Positions 47,951-60,722 of a stretch of DNA of 64,000 bases are shown here, in pieces. The stretch spans positions 73,284,001-73,348,000 of the forward strand of contig NC_092352.1 in the NCBI RefSeq assembly GCF_963676685.1, read 5' to 3'. Position numbers and translations under genes: made by a program. Each line of letters opens with the position of its first letter. The stretch's first letter is position 1. The DNA comes from Mytilus edulis (taxonomy: Eukaryota). Under the pieces are notes generated by a model, which saw only the letters and a list, made by a program, of their open reading frames with translations, did not search any database and had not been told where the DNA came from.

Positions 47951-50728
47951 CAGCCAAAATCAGTTAAATGGGACCATAGCAATTACCAAAACGGCGAGAA
48001 TCAGCCTAACACTTTCACAGTTATAACTTATTTTTTCTTAAAGTGGTATATTTCAACTTCTTATTTCTTGATTATGAGCACCAAATAGTATTATTTGAAA
48101 AAAAATTCAGCAACTCATTTAAACCACGTTATTACGTGGTGTGAATTACGTTACTTGCTCTGCTCTAATCTTTCTACAGAAATAACCAATATGACAATCC
48201 GAGATAATCATAAATCGAGATATTAAAAACTTCAATCACATATAAGTTTTCAAAAACATCGATCTTTGTAGACATTTTGCAGTTCTAACTTTTTTCCCAG
48301 GTTTTTTCCGACATCATAATAAATTATCTTCTGATGTTTTTCTTGAAATTGAAATACATATTTTTCACGTTTGAATATAAAATATATAATCGCAATTGAA
48401 TGCTACAAATATTTTTCAAATCAATATAAGTATATATTTTATTCCATTTAAAAAAAAAATCTGTCCATAATTTCATTGCATTAACTGAAATATTCTGCAT
48501 TGGAAAAGCATCAATCAGGTAACGTAATTCACACGAATACTAAAATGTTTTTAAATTGCAATGTTTGACATAAATGAAGTATATATATATATATGTGTGT
48601 AGCAATGTATTATGGAGTTGATTCTTTGTTTTATGAATATATAATGAATGGTGGGTGTCTGGAATGTTTTTTGGTTTTACAGTATCATATATGAATAAAC
48701 AAATAGTATTCTAATTTGATTTAATCAACAAAATTCAAGAAACAAACTTTATATCAACAATCAAAATATGAAATTCATAACGTATAAGATAGAATTTGAA
48801 AATTTAAACCATTTAACATATATATTATCTATATTATACGACAAATGCAAAGAAACAATATTCGTGAGTCAGTGGTAACGTAATTCACTCAAATTCATTT
48901 AGACAAAATAGTAACAAATTCAGCAAAAACGCCAAATATCTCAATGTATTTAGGGATAAATTTGATAAATGGTCGATATTACACTTAATTTAGCATTCAT
49001 AAATGAACAGATAATCATCAACATTCACTTTTTATGAATTACGTTACCACAATTTAATAAATAAAGCACATGGAATGTTTGTTTTTATAGTAGACTTTCT
49101 ATTTTTCTTACATCATCCGGTAATAATTTGTACATCCTGACAGGTTTTCTGCCTACTGGAGCCGGGTTTTTGACCTGACAAACGATGTCTGTCTCTGTAA
49201 TCCACAGTTCTTCAGGTCTTGTTGGCCACTTCATGGTGTGGGATACAGGATTGCTCTTGGTCATAAATGCCAATTGATATTCATTATCATTGTTATCAAA
49301 ATCAAGCACCTTACAAATGTACCAAACATTGTCATATACACTCGCCACAAACGTGTCCTTTTGGTAGCTCTGCTCAAACACTATTGGCGGTTGCGCTTGT
49401 AATGACTCTCCTCCTTCTACATGTCGCTCTATTTCTTCTTCCTGTGGTTCATTTGCTTGTAATTCAATCTCATTGGTTTCAGTCCCAGGTGCATTTCTTT
49501 TTTGTTTTCCATCCAGAGAAACAGATCGCCAGTCGTCACAAGCAGGATGAAAGCGTCCGTCACTAAAACAAAGTAGACAGAAACATGAGGTGTTTCTTAT
49601 GCCTATTCAATTTCTTGTAATAGGAACAACAGCATGTAGTTCCATGGTGCCTTTCACTGCAACGGCATTCCATTCTTTCATTTCGTTCTTTGCGCTCTGA
49701 CATTTGGATTTAGGAACGAAAATGTAAGTTATGTTACTTGTTTCTACGTTACAAGAAGTGTGAATTACGTTTTCTCGATAAATGAATATGAACCATCACC
49801 TTACAGAACTTTCAGTGCTTTGATTTTTAATAGTGTATTTTTGCATTTTCCCGAAGCACAAAATTCGTCTGCTACAGTTTCTGGTTTTGAGTTATGAATA
49901 AAGGAAATATTTTTTGCACCAAACACAAGGTTAAAAGAAAGATTTAGTTTTGCCATGGTAACGAAGTTTACATCACGTATTTCACATTTTATGATGGAAC
50001 AAGATTTTTTCCATGAATAATTGCCTTGAACAATGTCAACCATACATATTTTTTATTAGGATTATGGTATTGTTTAAATACTGGGTTAGTTTTATGTCTT
50101 GTGAATACCTTATTATGAAATATTGACGTAACGTAGTTCACATTCTTAAATAAATAAAGAAAAAAATGTTCAAATAAGTTTGTTTATATATAGACACATA
50201 TCTATATTACACATTAAATGATACACCTGTTTTTAAAAGGGTATATGGCTATTATTTCGTTCTTTTAAGACAAATGTTCTCGGCAATATTTGATGGTAGA
50301 CATGAATTCTACATGTCCGTAACGTAGTTCACATAAAATGACTGGACATTCGATAAAAAACTATTTTTGACGGAATTTTAACTTATACACGTACCTTGCT
50401 ATTTTTATCTGATTTTGTAACTGTAGAAAGGTAAACAGCGCGCAAATTGTACCGTTATCGATCATACTTTGCTTCGTAAAATGCAATGTCCTTTTTTGCA
50501 ACCGCTTTTGGACACAGCGTTTTGAGTTGGCCTTCAAACTTCAAAATATCATAACTTTTTAGTCTGTCATCAGAATATCACATAATTTGAGGACTTTTTT
50601 GTAATTTTTTATTTTATAAGAATACACACCGTTGTTAGACCAACTAGTTTGTTATTTGATCTAAAGCATCAACGATATGCGCTGGACTCGTTTATGTGGT
50701 ATTGGTTCCATTTAACTGATTTTGGCTG
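47951..50728 (-). mobile_element. Internally deleted DNA transposon, Sola2-like, inserted in a HINE-like element
   Basis: 26-bp TIR cagccaaaatcagttaaatgg(g/a)acca, 4-bp TSD ttat; - strand remnants VKGTMELHAV..R..SCFCLLC and FVASVYDNVWYICKV..FM..WP..E.LWI (49085-49750), with stop and frameshift. Confidence 0.7.
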
Positions 50729-50922
50729 TTATACCCTCCGCGTGGGGTAAAATTATCACATGTTATCCCATATTAATTGTTGACACTGGAATACTTTTAA
50801 TTTTGTTCTGATCCACTGAAATGGATGATCAATTTAGCGTACTGAATTAAAGTAAACATTATAAAGTTTTGTTTATCTTGCTCAAAACAGGTCTTTTCAC
50901 TTTATTTTATTAAGCACTAAAC

Positions 50923-51227
50923 TTGTACAAGACTGTTTGAAAAATCTGGTTCCAATTTATCTCCATTTTGAAAAAAAAGTCATTTTTATTCCCTTTTTTA
51001 ATTTTAAAACCAATGTATTTTAGACATTTTTAATGTTTCCCATAGCAAAACACACATATAACGCAAACTGGTTTGTACAAGACTGTTTGAAAAATCTGGC
51101 TCCAATTTATCTCCATTTTGAAAAAAAGTCATTTTTATTCCCTTTTTTAATTTTAAAACCAATGTATTTTAGACATTTTTAATGTTTCCCATAGCAAAAC
51201 ACACATATAACGCAAACAGGTTTGTAC
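50923..51227. repeat. 150-bp tandem duplication
   Basis: ttgtacaagactgtttgaaaaatctgg... at 50923 and 51073, near identical. Confidence 0.92.
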
Positions 51228-51583
51228 TCAGCAATAAATACATTTATGGGTTACATTTTCACATTTGTCACTGATCACATTCTGTTTATCAGGTGCCATG
51301 AATTATCATTGCTATTGTTATATTTATAAATTAACACTTTACAAAAGTTTGAGTTTTTTTTTGAAAATTAGGATATTGTACACAGAAAAGAGAAGAATCC
51401 GGGTCCGTTCGCCCAAAAACACATTCGCGCCCAATCACTTTCGCACTCTACACGTTGGTACCCTTAAAATAAAGTAAGATTCTGTTGTGTAAGTGTACTG
51501 CTTTAAAAAAAATCAATGTTTCCAAATAAAGTGAGATTCTGACTACGATTTTTTTGGTTAAGTGTATTTCTGTACCTCCTGAA

Positions 51584-52504
51584 AAGGTCAGATGAACCAT
51601 GCCAGGCAGACATGTACAGCTAACAATTCTTCCATACAACAACTATGGTTGCCCTGTTGCTTATAGTTTAAGAAAACAGACCAAAACACAAAATTTAATA
51701 CTGAGCAATGAACCGTAAAAATGAGGTCAATGTCAAATGACACCTGTGCAACTGACATATAGATCATAAAATATTTCCATACACCAAATATAAATGACCT
51801 ATTACATATAGTATTAGAAAAAAAACTTAACTTTGACCACTGAACCATGAAAATGAGGTCAAGGTCAGATGACACCTTCCAACTAGACATGTACACTTTA
51901 TAATCATTCCATACACCAAATATAGTAGACCTATTGCAGAGTATAAGAAAAAAAAGACCAAAACACAAAATTATTTTCATACACCAAATATAGTAGACCA
52001 ATAAAAAAGACCATAACTCAAAAACTTAACTATAACCACTGAACCATGAAAATGAGGTCCAGGTCAGATGACACCTTACAGTACATCTTTACACCGAATA
52101 TACTAGACCTAGTGCTTATAGTATCTGAGATATGGACTTGAACACCAAAACTTAACCTTGTTCACTGATCCATGAAATGAGGTTCAGGTCAAGTGAAAAC
52201 TGTCTGATAGTCACGAGGACCTAGCAAGGTACGCACATACCAAATATAGTTATCATATTACTTATAATAAGAGAGAATTTAACATTTAAAAAAAAAATAC
52301 TTTTTTTTCAAGTAGTCACTGAACCATAAAAATGAGGTAAAGGACTGATGGAAACTTCGTAAAAGGAGGCATCTATATACAAAGTATGAAGCATCCAGGT
52401 CATTCACCTTCTATAATATAAAGCTGTTAAGTAGTTAGCTAACGCCGCCTCCTGCTCACTATCCCTATGTGGAGCCTTCTGCGACAAAAGTCACAGGCTC
52501 GACA
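51584..52504 (-). mobile_element. HINE-like element (inverted, 3'-truncated copy of the 20026-21118 family) inside a MITE-like element (~51395-52596)
   Basis: Reverse-complement similarity; host flanks cactttcgcactctacacg / catgtagggtgcgaaagtg are inverted repeats. Confidence 0.7.
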
Positions 52505-52914
52505 AAAATTGGGTGCAAACATGTTTGGTGCTAACAGACTAAGGTCGCAAACATGTAGGGTGCGAAAGTGTATTGGGCCCGAACTAACCTGATACCATAA
52601 GTGAGTAGCTTATGTGTATTTGGCAATACATTATGGAAGTTTGGGTCCTAAATGCTCTTCAACTTCGTACTTTATTTGGCCTCCTCTTTAACTTTTTTTT
52701 AATTCAAGCTTCACTGAAGAGTCTTTTTAAACCAAACGCCCGTCTAAAGTACAAAATTTTAACATGTTTAATACTGGTATCTATGATGAGTTTATTTACA
52801 TATTTTCAGATCATGTTCATGAACTAGTATTGAATTTTTCTCAGGAACCATGATTCAAAGGGTTTCAAGATTCTTAACTTAATACTAATAGATTAACAGT
52901 TCTTACATCTATTT

Positions 52915-53240
52915 GTACTGTAGTTCTGTCCTGAATGTTGTCATTTTAGTGTTTAACATTGCCATAAAAGCACGAGGTTTGGCTAGCCCAAAACCACCTT
53001 TTTTCAAATGTCCTGTACCAAGTCAGGAAGAAAAATGGCAGTTGTTATCTTATAGTTCGTTTCTGTGTGTGTTGCATTGTCGTTTTGGTCTTTTGTTGCA
53101 CTTCAGTGTTTCTGTTGTATCGTTGTTTTCTTCTTATAATTGATGTGTTTACCACAGTTTTAGTTTGTAACCTAGATTTGCTTTCCTTCAATCGATGTTT
53201 TGACTTTCTAACAGGGGTATACTACTGTTGCCTTTATTAA
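52915..53240 (-). repeat. High-copy interspersed repeat ending tatactactgttgcctttatt
   Basis: Relatives at ~46177-46500 (opposite strand) and ~47210-47507. Confidence 0.65.
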
Positions 53241-54995
53241 ATAATAAGCTATTTACAATTGACTAAGTTATCATTCTTTGTGTATTCAGTTTTTAGTCTG
53301 TGACTGATGATAACTAGGAGTTTTGTCACTAATTATATAAATGACAATTTTTACTAAATTGTTTTATTTTCCCCTGTTATCTTGATAACTATAAAATATA
53401 GAAAGAAAGAGTCAATGGAAATGATTAGACCTTCTTTGGTCTTCATGGATATTTTTCTGAATGGCAAACATACCACACCACCTAATTTTAAATTAAAAAA
53501 ATTGTGAAAAATAATTTGAAGTAAATTTGACAGCCTTGTACAATTCCTTGATATATGTAAAATAACACACATTTATAATTTTTATGAAATCAACATTTAA
53601 TAAATAAACACAATAAAAATATTTTCCTATAAGTATTTAATTTCAGTAAAACATAAAAACTAAGAAATTATTAACCAACAAATAATAGCTCATCAACAAC
53701 ATGAAGTAGATGTAGATTAAGGGGCATAACTCTTCAAAATCAGCTTCATTTGTCTAAATCATATATCTAATTATTATGTAAGCTTCTATGTAATGCAGAC
53801 TACAGAGTTATGTCCCTTTACCAACTTCTACTTTCGCAAAATAAAATATATTCTAAGATCATTCCTTTTTTTCTTAAATTAACAAATAACAATAACAAAG
53901 GAGAAGTTCTGGTAAATTTTTTTTTTTGGCCCCTCGAAATTTTTTTTTTAATCTTAATGAATTAGATTCGTAATCTGTTGTATATCAGTATATCTTTGGT
54001 ATGTGTCTTATTAAGGGGTTCAAACATCTTTCATTTAATGCAAAACTTTAAATCTTCAAAATAGGTTCTCTTTGAGTTCCTGTTATATATTCAGATTTAC
54101 AAAATACATATATTTTGCTACATGATTTCTTTAACAAAGATATTAATTTGGATAACATATATTTTTGATTAATTATCTTGCCTTAATTCATAACTCATTT
54201 TATCAATGCCTTTGTGCAAATGTCTTCTTAAGTAAAGATATGTTTATTTTTACATGCTTATAATTCACATTAATACCACAATATATACTTTTTTGAATTG
54301 AATATTCATTTTATATCTTTAAATTCATTTATCATGTTTATCATTAAAATTTGACACAATCATGACAATTTGAAAGGAATAAGGAAATTCACTATAATTA
54401 CAATTTCAGGGGGCCAAAAAATGGTCCTTACATCGGGTCTTCTATTTCTGCAAAGCTTAACAAACAAACAAAATAAAATAATAGTATGAACCTAAAAACA
54501 AACAAAAAAGCATTCAAAACACTTAAAAGATACATTCTTTCTAACACCAATTCTTACTTAGTAAGGGCTTCAGTATTTCAATTAGTTTTACTAGCCATGC
54601 TTAAGCATGTACAGTGTGTACCATTATACAACAATTATGATGATAATGCACACAATTACAGTATACTGTGGATTCAAAATGATTCATTAGATACATATTT
54701 CCGTTAATTTTGCAGGAACAGATGAACCACAAACAATTTAAATGCTTTTAATGAATTACATATTTTCTATAGGCTTGCATTTTGATTTTGTAAAAACCAC
54801 AGAATCGATTATCCACGAAAATGCAAATTTTTCTCATTCAATCCAAGAAAATTGGTAGCCACGAAATTAAATGAATCCACAGTTAATAGAAATTATACAA
54901 ATAAGGATCAGTAAGTACAGCATGTATTATTTGAGTCCCAAACAATAGTCCTTTTATCATGCTAGAAAAGCAAGCACAACAGATATTTATCATTA

Positions 54996-55573
54996 TCCCC
55001 GGCTTAGTACGCACATGGTTACAAAACCCAAAGCCCCTGGGTGTTGCTAACCCATATCCCCGAATGTGCTAACCGTTATCCCGGGGAACTTCACGCAAGT
55101 TTTCCTTTTAAAGTTACATGATTGCTCCTTGTGAAATATTGAATTCTGTAGATTATCCATGATGTTTGTAATTTTAAAAATATTTCATTCATTAACAATT
55201 TTTTTCCTATTATGCCGATCATTTACACTCATTTCATTAAAATGCATCACTTGACTGCCATATTTTCAAGGAATGGGACTACTGACCTAGCTATGCAAAT
55301 GACCCCCATTGACGTCACACCATCTATGACGTAAATCTCACAACATTGAGCGCCAAATTTGACACAATCCAGTTTCTCTGTCTCCGTATTAAAAACGTCT
55401 TATATTTGACTACCTGTAGGGTTCTACCAAAGGTACCCTACACCCCGTAAAAAATATGTAAAATTTCCAAATTTCAATAAAACTTTTTTAGATAATGAAA
55501 AAATGTTGTTTTCACGTTACACTTTGTACCTGAATTTCCATAAAACTCGCCCGATTCGGACTAAGACCGGGGA
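54996..55573. mobile_element. MITE with TA TSD
   Basis: TIR tccccgg(t)cttagt / actaagaccgggga flanked by TA. Confidence 0.65.
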
Positions 55574-55583
55574 TAAATTCATT

Positions 55584-55698
55584 ATCTACGTTCATATCCA
55601 TAGATAATGATATTTTAACACCCTTCAGTTACGCCTCAAGGTGTACTGGGGTACTTCAGGGTGTTAAAATATCCACATCTACGGATATGAACGTAGAT
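55584..55698. repeat. Long imperfect palindrome (hairpin element)
   Basis: atctacgttcatatccatagat..gatattttaacaccc ... gggtgttaaaatatc..atctacggatatgaacgtagat. Confidence 0.85.
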
Positions 55699-57813
55699 GA
55701 CTTATATTAGCAACTGCAAGAATTAAAATGACTTGAACATGGGTTAAAAAAAATTGTCAAGCAAATGATTTCATTCCAAATCATCTTATTATAAGTTATA
55801 CTATGTATTTGTCATCTAGCATAACAATTATCACATTATACATTTATAAGTTATGTAACAAAAAATTACATGTAAAACAAGTATAATTTTAAAATTGAGG
55901 GAACAATCCTTTGATTAACATGAGGGGGGGAGTTATGAGGTCAAAACAACCTATTTGCAACATAAAAGAGGCCAGATTATTCATTTTTACTCCGACCAGG
56001 GTCAGAATATTTGTTTTTTATGCTCATCCACAAATTGACAAAATAAAATGCTCTTCCCCCCTCTAATAATCAACTTTTCTTTCCGTAATGTAAATTACAA
56101 AAATGTAACTTTTGTAATAGAGATCTTTTTTTTTTTACAGGAAATACATACCATAATGTGTGGCATACAACTTATTTATATGAATATATACATGATATAA
56201 TAGCATTAAAATCAATAGTGGATCTAAGGTCCAATGGAAAGAGGGATGCTATTACCCAAAATAATAAAATTTCTGGCGAGGGTAGCAAGTACAATTTTGT
56301 TGTTAAAGATTTTATGAACAAAAATGTATCTTTTCAGGTCAACAGGAGGATGATGTACCCAAATCTTCTCCATTAAACAACCATTTAAAGTACGACAAAA
56401 AAAATAATTTATTTTGATTACTGCAAATATTTCTGAATTATCAGTTATTGTGGAAATGGTGGATAACTTTGAAAATGTGGCCTGGGACTAAGACAAATGC
56501 ATGCAACTTAACTAATTTTTTTAAGTTTCATTGTCCTGCAAAAAAGCTTTCTTATGACTGCCAATAAACATGATAAACATGATAAATGTTGATAAAATAT
56601 ACTGATATATATAACATTGAAAATGAACCATTTTAGGGTGCTAAGTGTTTATTGTTATTCTGTTGTCTAAATTTTCACCGACCGTGCCAGGGATGTATAT
56701 CCAGTCAAGGTCGTTAAACACATCCAGTTGTTGTCTAAATTAAGAGAACTTTTTATCATGTTTATTGTAAAGAATATTTTAATGTCAAAAAGTTGCAATT
56801 AAGTTATATGACCCTAACATTTTCTTTATTGCCTGATATTTTATCATCCTTAATTTAAAAATGGATGGAAAAGAGACTTTTATAGGGTTTAATAGGCTAC
56901 TATTTTATTCAAAATACATCATGTTGATAATTAAAATCGTACATTTCCTTAATTATGTTTATCTAAATAATAAAATATATACAATTAAAATGTATTTGTT
57001 AAAAAAGCCCTATGTTTATAAAATGTGGAATAATTAAACAGCTTTTAAAATAATTGTATGGCATTTTGATGATTTTGTTTAAACCAGATAACTAACAAGT
57101 TATTGTTATGCAATTTAGCCTATCACTCAAGTGAACCATTGATAACTGTTACACAATAATGGCTAAATAAAGCCGCTAAATTACAGATTACAAAATGTAA
57201 TATAGCACCCATTTCATTTTTTATACTATATAATATAGATTCCATTTTCATATTTTCATATAAAATATACATTTCTATAAGATAAGATAACTTTATATAG
57301 GCACCAAACACATAAACAATAAATTGATTATGGCATCAAAACACAGACAAACTACAATATCAAAATTACAATAAAGGATTGACATTGGATTTAATTAAAT
57401 ATGACAAAAAAATAAGTAAAATTGAGTATCTTTATACATTGTATAAACTGTTCCCAATTCTAATTTTACAGGGAACCAGATGGACCTTGAAATTTAATGC
57501 ATATGGTTTCCAATGGCACTCTGTATGTAATCTTTTAGAGGTATTGAACTATTGAATTCAAAAGAAGTTTTTCTTGTGAAATTGAAGAAAACTTTTACAT
57601 GCTTTTTCAAAATGATTCTTTAACAAACAATATAATCAGCATGGCTCTTATTTCTTCTTACAAAAATTGACATAAAATTAAACTCTGTGCTTGATACCAT
57701 TTAATTAATCATTCTTCAGACAATTTTTAGATGTTTTGGTTTTAGAATTGTATTTCCTCTGATCATGCTGATGTTTTTCCTTCTTGAAACACTTGAAGCA
57801 AATTATCAGGTGT

Positions 57814-60159
57814 TTAAACCACAAAGGGTTTTGGTTTATTACTTTTTGGACCACGCCTGTTTGGAATTGGATTTTCATGAACTCTTTTGACATGTGTTAG
57901 TAGATTGCAATATGCTGCAGCTCTATATGAACACTTATCACAACCGAATGGTTTTTCACCTGTATGGGTCCTTATATGTAGTTTTAGTTGCTTATCACAA
58001 CGTAGCTTCTTATTACAATATTCACACTGGTAAAATTTTTTTGAATCAGCTTCTCCAGTGTGTATAAGTTTATGACGTGTAAGACTGGTCGAGCTTGAAA
58101 ACTTTCCATCGCATTCCTCACACTTGTACTTTTTATCTCCCTTTTTTTTAACCTTATGCATGTACATGACGTGATGTTGTAAATACCTCTTGAATTGAAA
58201 AACACGATTACAGAATGGACACACATGACTGCCCTTCTCCTCGTCATCATGAAGGGTAATATGCCTGGTCAAGTTACATTTTGTCGAGTAAGACTTATTA
58301 CACACGGTACAAATCCATAACCCGGCTGATCTATCGTGAAACATTTTGTCACTGTAATTTGTAGTTTTACTCGGCGTTCTGGGATTTTCTCTATGACATT
58401 GTAAATGTGTATACAATAATGCTTGCGATTCAAAAGATATATCACAATGTGCACAGACAAATTCTGACTCTTCAGCCATTTCTGGTCCAACATTATTGTG
58501 TGTCGTCTCACGATGTGTTGCATAATCTTTAACAGAATTACAAACTATACCACATTTTTTACATTCAAATGAAATTTTCTGATCAACATTTTCAATGGTT
58601 TTCTCTGTTGTAACAATAACCAAATCTAGCATGGGATCTGTCTGTATTCTTTTGTGACCCATTTGTATATGTTCTTTCAAAAGACCATTAGTTTCAAAAT
58701 TCATATTGCAGTTTGGGCACCAATATTTGTGTTCTACTTTTTTACAATTTTTCACATGACTGAACAGACTTGACTTGCTCTCAAAGTTTGTACTACACTT
58801 TGCACAATGGTAAATAATGGCTTTGGTTACTGCTGAATCTTCAGCTATACTTTTAAGATTTCCGATCGAAACGGAGAAAATATATTTGTTATCAGAAAAA
58901 TCAAGGGTCTTCTCATTTTTCAACTGTTCATGAATTTCATCTGGTTTTTGCAATAAGTTGGATATATGATCTTTTGCAAATTTACGATTTGCAAATTTTC
59001 TGTCGCAACATCGGCAGACAAAAATGGTTTTGTTGGTATTTAATACATCAATGTTTGGCTCTCGAATCTGATATTCATTTTGATAATTTACATGTGAACT
59101 AACATGCTGCATAAAGGACGAAATAGTTTGAAAAGACAATTGGCAAAGTACACAATCTAATTTTGCAATGCTTGGTTCATCTTCCTCTAGATCTACTTTT
59201 TTTGAATTTTCGGCAATACTTGATGTTTGTATCATTTTTGTTGTGAAGCAACCTTCATTTGACTCGTTCGAGGCAGCTTCAACATATCCTATCGAATCAT
59301 CAGTATGTCTATGTATGTGAAAACTCTCAGTAAAATCATCAAATTTCTCTTTTTTCACAACTTTCTTAATGCTGAAGTTACCTTTTTTTGTAAGTTTCCT
59401 TATCTTTCCTAATTTTTTGTGAAATACAGATTCGCTTTGTTTATGCTTTGCATTTATATGTCGGACATGAAATTTCAAATGTTTTTCAAATTTTTCTTGG
59501 TCTATCATAATTCTGGTACAATACAGACATTTATAAACAGCTAAATCATCCATGTGAGTAAAAGTGTGTTTTTCAAGTTTTAACGGAGTATCAAAAACAC
59601 TTTTGCACGTCTGACATTCAAAAAGTGAAATATGCCTGGATATATGTCGAAACATTGCCAATTTCAAAATAAACTTTCTTCCACATATTACACACATGTA
59701 TGGCTTGGCATTGAAATGAGATCTCTGGTGAATTTCATATGTTCCACCCTGGCAAAAACTTTCTCCACATTCTTTGCATAAATGTTGAACGATTTTCTTA
59801 TTTCGCTTCTTCCATATTTTACATTTGATTTCATGTATTTTGAATATTTTCCTATTTAAGAATTCCCTGTTGCAAGAGTTGCAGGTAAATGTTTTTATTC
59901 TGTTATGAGTGTTCAGGTGTATTTCTAAATCAGACTTCTTAGAAAATCGGTGTTTACATCGTTTAACCTTACACTTGTATTGTTTTTCGACAACATGGAC
60001 AAGTGTTTGTCCTGTAGGTTTCAGACCTAGATTAGATTTAATGTTTTTAAATTTTTTTAGTGATTTGCGATTTGTTGCTTTTATCTTTTCAATTTTTGAC
60101 TTTTTAGATGTGGTTAATTTTTGTTGATTTGAAAGAGGATATTTCATGGCTATTGGCAT
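57814..60159 (-). CDS. C2H2 zinc-finger protein (~17 C2H2/C2HC fingers), single coding exon
   Basis: 781-aa ORF with repeated CxxC..F..L..H...H motifs and an HTGEKPF linker; acceptor ttttttag upstream at 60414-60413. Confidence 0.92.
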   Translation of the reverse strand: MPIAMKYPLSNQQKLTTSKKSKIEKIKATNRKSLKKFKNIKSNLGLKPTGQTLVHVVEKQYKCKVKRCKHRFSKKSDLEIHLNTHNRIKTFTCNSCNREFLNRKIFKIHEIKCKIWKKRNKKIVQHLCKECGESFCQGGTYEIHQRSHFNAKPYMCVICGRKFILKLAMFRHISRHISLFECQTCKSVFDTPLKLEKHTFTHMDDLAVYKCLYCTRIMIDQEKFEKHLKFHVRHINAKHKQSESVFHKKLGKIRKLTKKGNFSIKKVVKKEKFDDFTESFHIHRHTDDSIGYVEAASNESNEGCFTTKMIQTSSIAENSKKVDLEEDEPSIAKLDCVLCQLSFQTISSFMQHVSSHVNYQNEYQIREPNIDVLNTNKTIFVCRCCDRKFANRKFAKDHISNLLQKPDEIHEQLKNEKTLDFSDNKYIFSVSIGNLKSIAEDSAVTKAIIYHCAKCSTNFESKSSLFSHVKNCKKVEHKYWCPNCNMNFETNGLLKEHIQMGHKRIQTDPMLDLVIVTTEKTIENVDQKISFECKKCGIVCNSVKDYATHRETTHNNVGPEMAEESEFVCAHCDISFESQALLYTHLQCHRENPRTPSKTTNYSDKMFHDRSAGLWICTVCNKSYSTKCNLTRHITLHDDEEKGSHVCPFCNRVFQFKRYLQHHVMYMHKVKKKGDKKYKCEECDGKFSSSTSLTRHKLIHTGEADSKKFYQCEYCNKKLRCDKQLKLHIRTHTGEKPFGCDKCSYRAAAYCNLLTHVKRVHENPIPNRRGPKSNKPKPFVV

Positions 60160-60612
60160 CCAACTTTTTGGTGATGAGGCACAAACATGTGACTACATTT
60201 AAGATGGCAATCTGTCCTATTTTGACTTCTTGAATGCTTATAAACTCTTTCCTTCACTTTTCAATATAATTGTTTCAGTGGTCTTATTACTTCTGCCAAT
60301 ATTTCAAATTATTAACCGTTGATCATCACCATAGCTACCATCGTATTCGGTCTCATCTGATGTTTGAACATCATAAACACATGCAAACATTAAACATGTT
60401 AAATGATGAAATCTAAAAAATAAAAAAGAGACAGTTATTAAACATAATTCATTTAAAAATTCAAACAATTCTTGCTAAATTTCCTCATTTTGTTATAGCA
60501 TTGAATATAAAGGCTATATATAATAAGGTACAGAGGACAGAATAGTTTATTTTGTCCGCCTGATTTTGTTTTCCAGTTGGTCGCACTACAATAATCATGA
60601 TAATAATAATTG

Positions 60613-60722
60613 TTTTTGGTGTGGGTGTTTTTGTTTAAGAATAAATTGTTTGATCCAACAATTTATTCTTAAACAAAAACAACAAACAAATTATTCTTAA
60701 ACAAAAACACCCACACCAAAAA
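60613..60722. repeat. Fold-back inverted repeat with duplicated right arm
   Basis: tttttggtgtgggtgtttttgtttaagaataaattgtt-tgatcc-aacaatttattcttaaacaaaaac...ttattcttaaacaaaaacacccacaccaaaaa. Confidence 0.9.

Noticed and set aside
49085-49381. Stand-alone 98-aa host gene
   Set aside because: Lies within TIR/TSD-bounded DNA and continues upstream through a frameshift and stop into transposase-like sequence.
57984-58523. Alternative-frame ORFs inside the ZNF CDS
   Set aside because: Short overlapping frames with no recognisable features.
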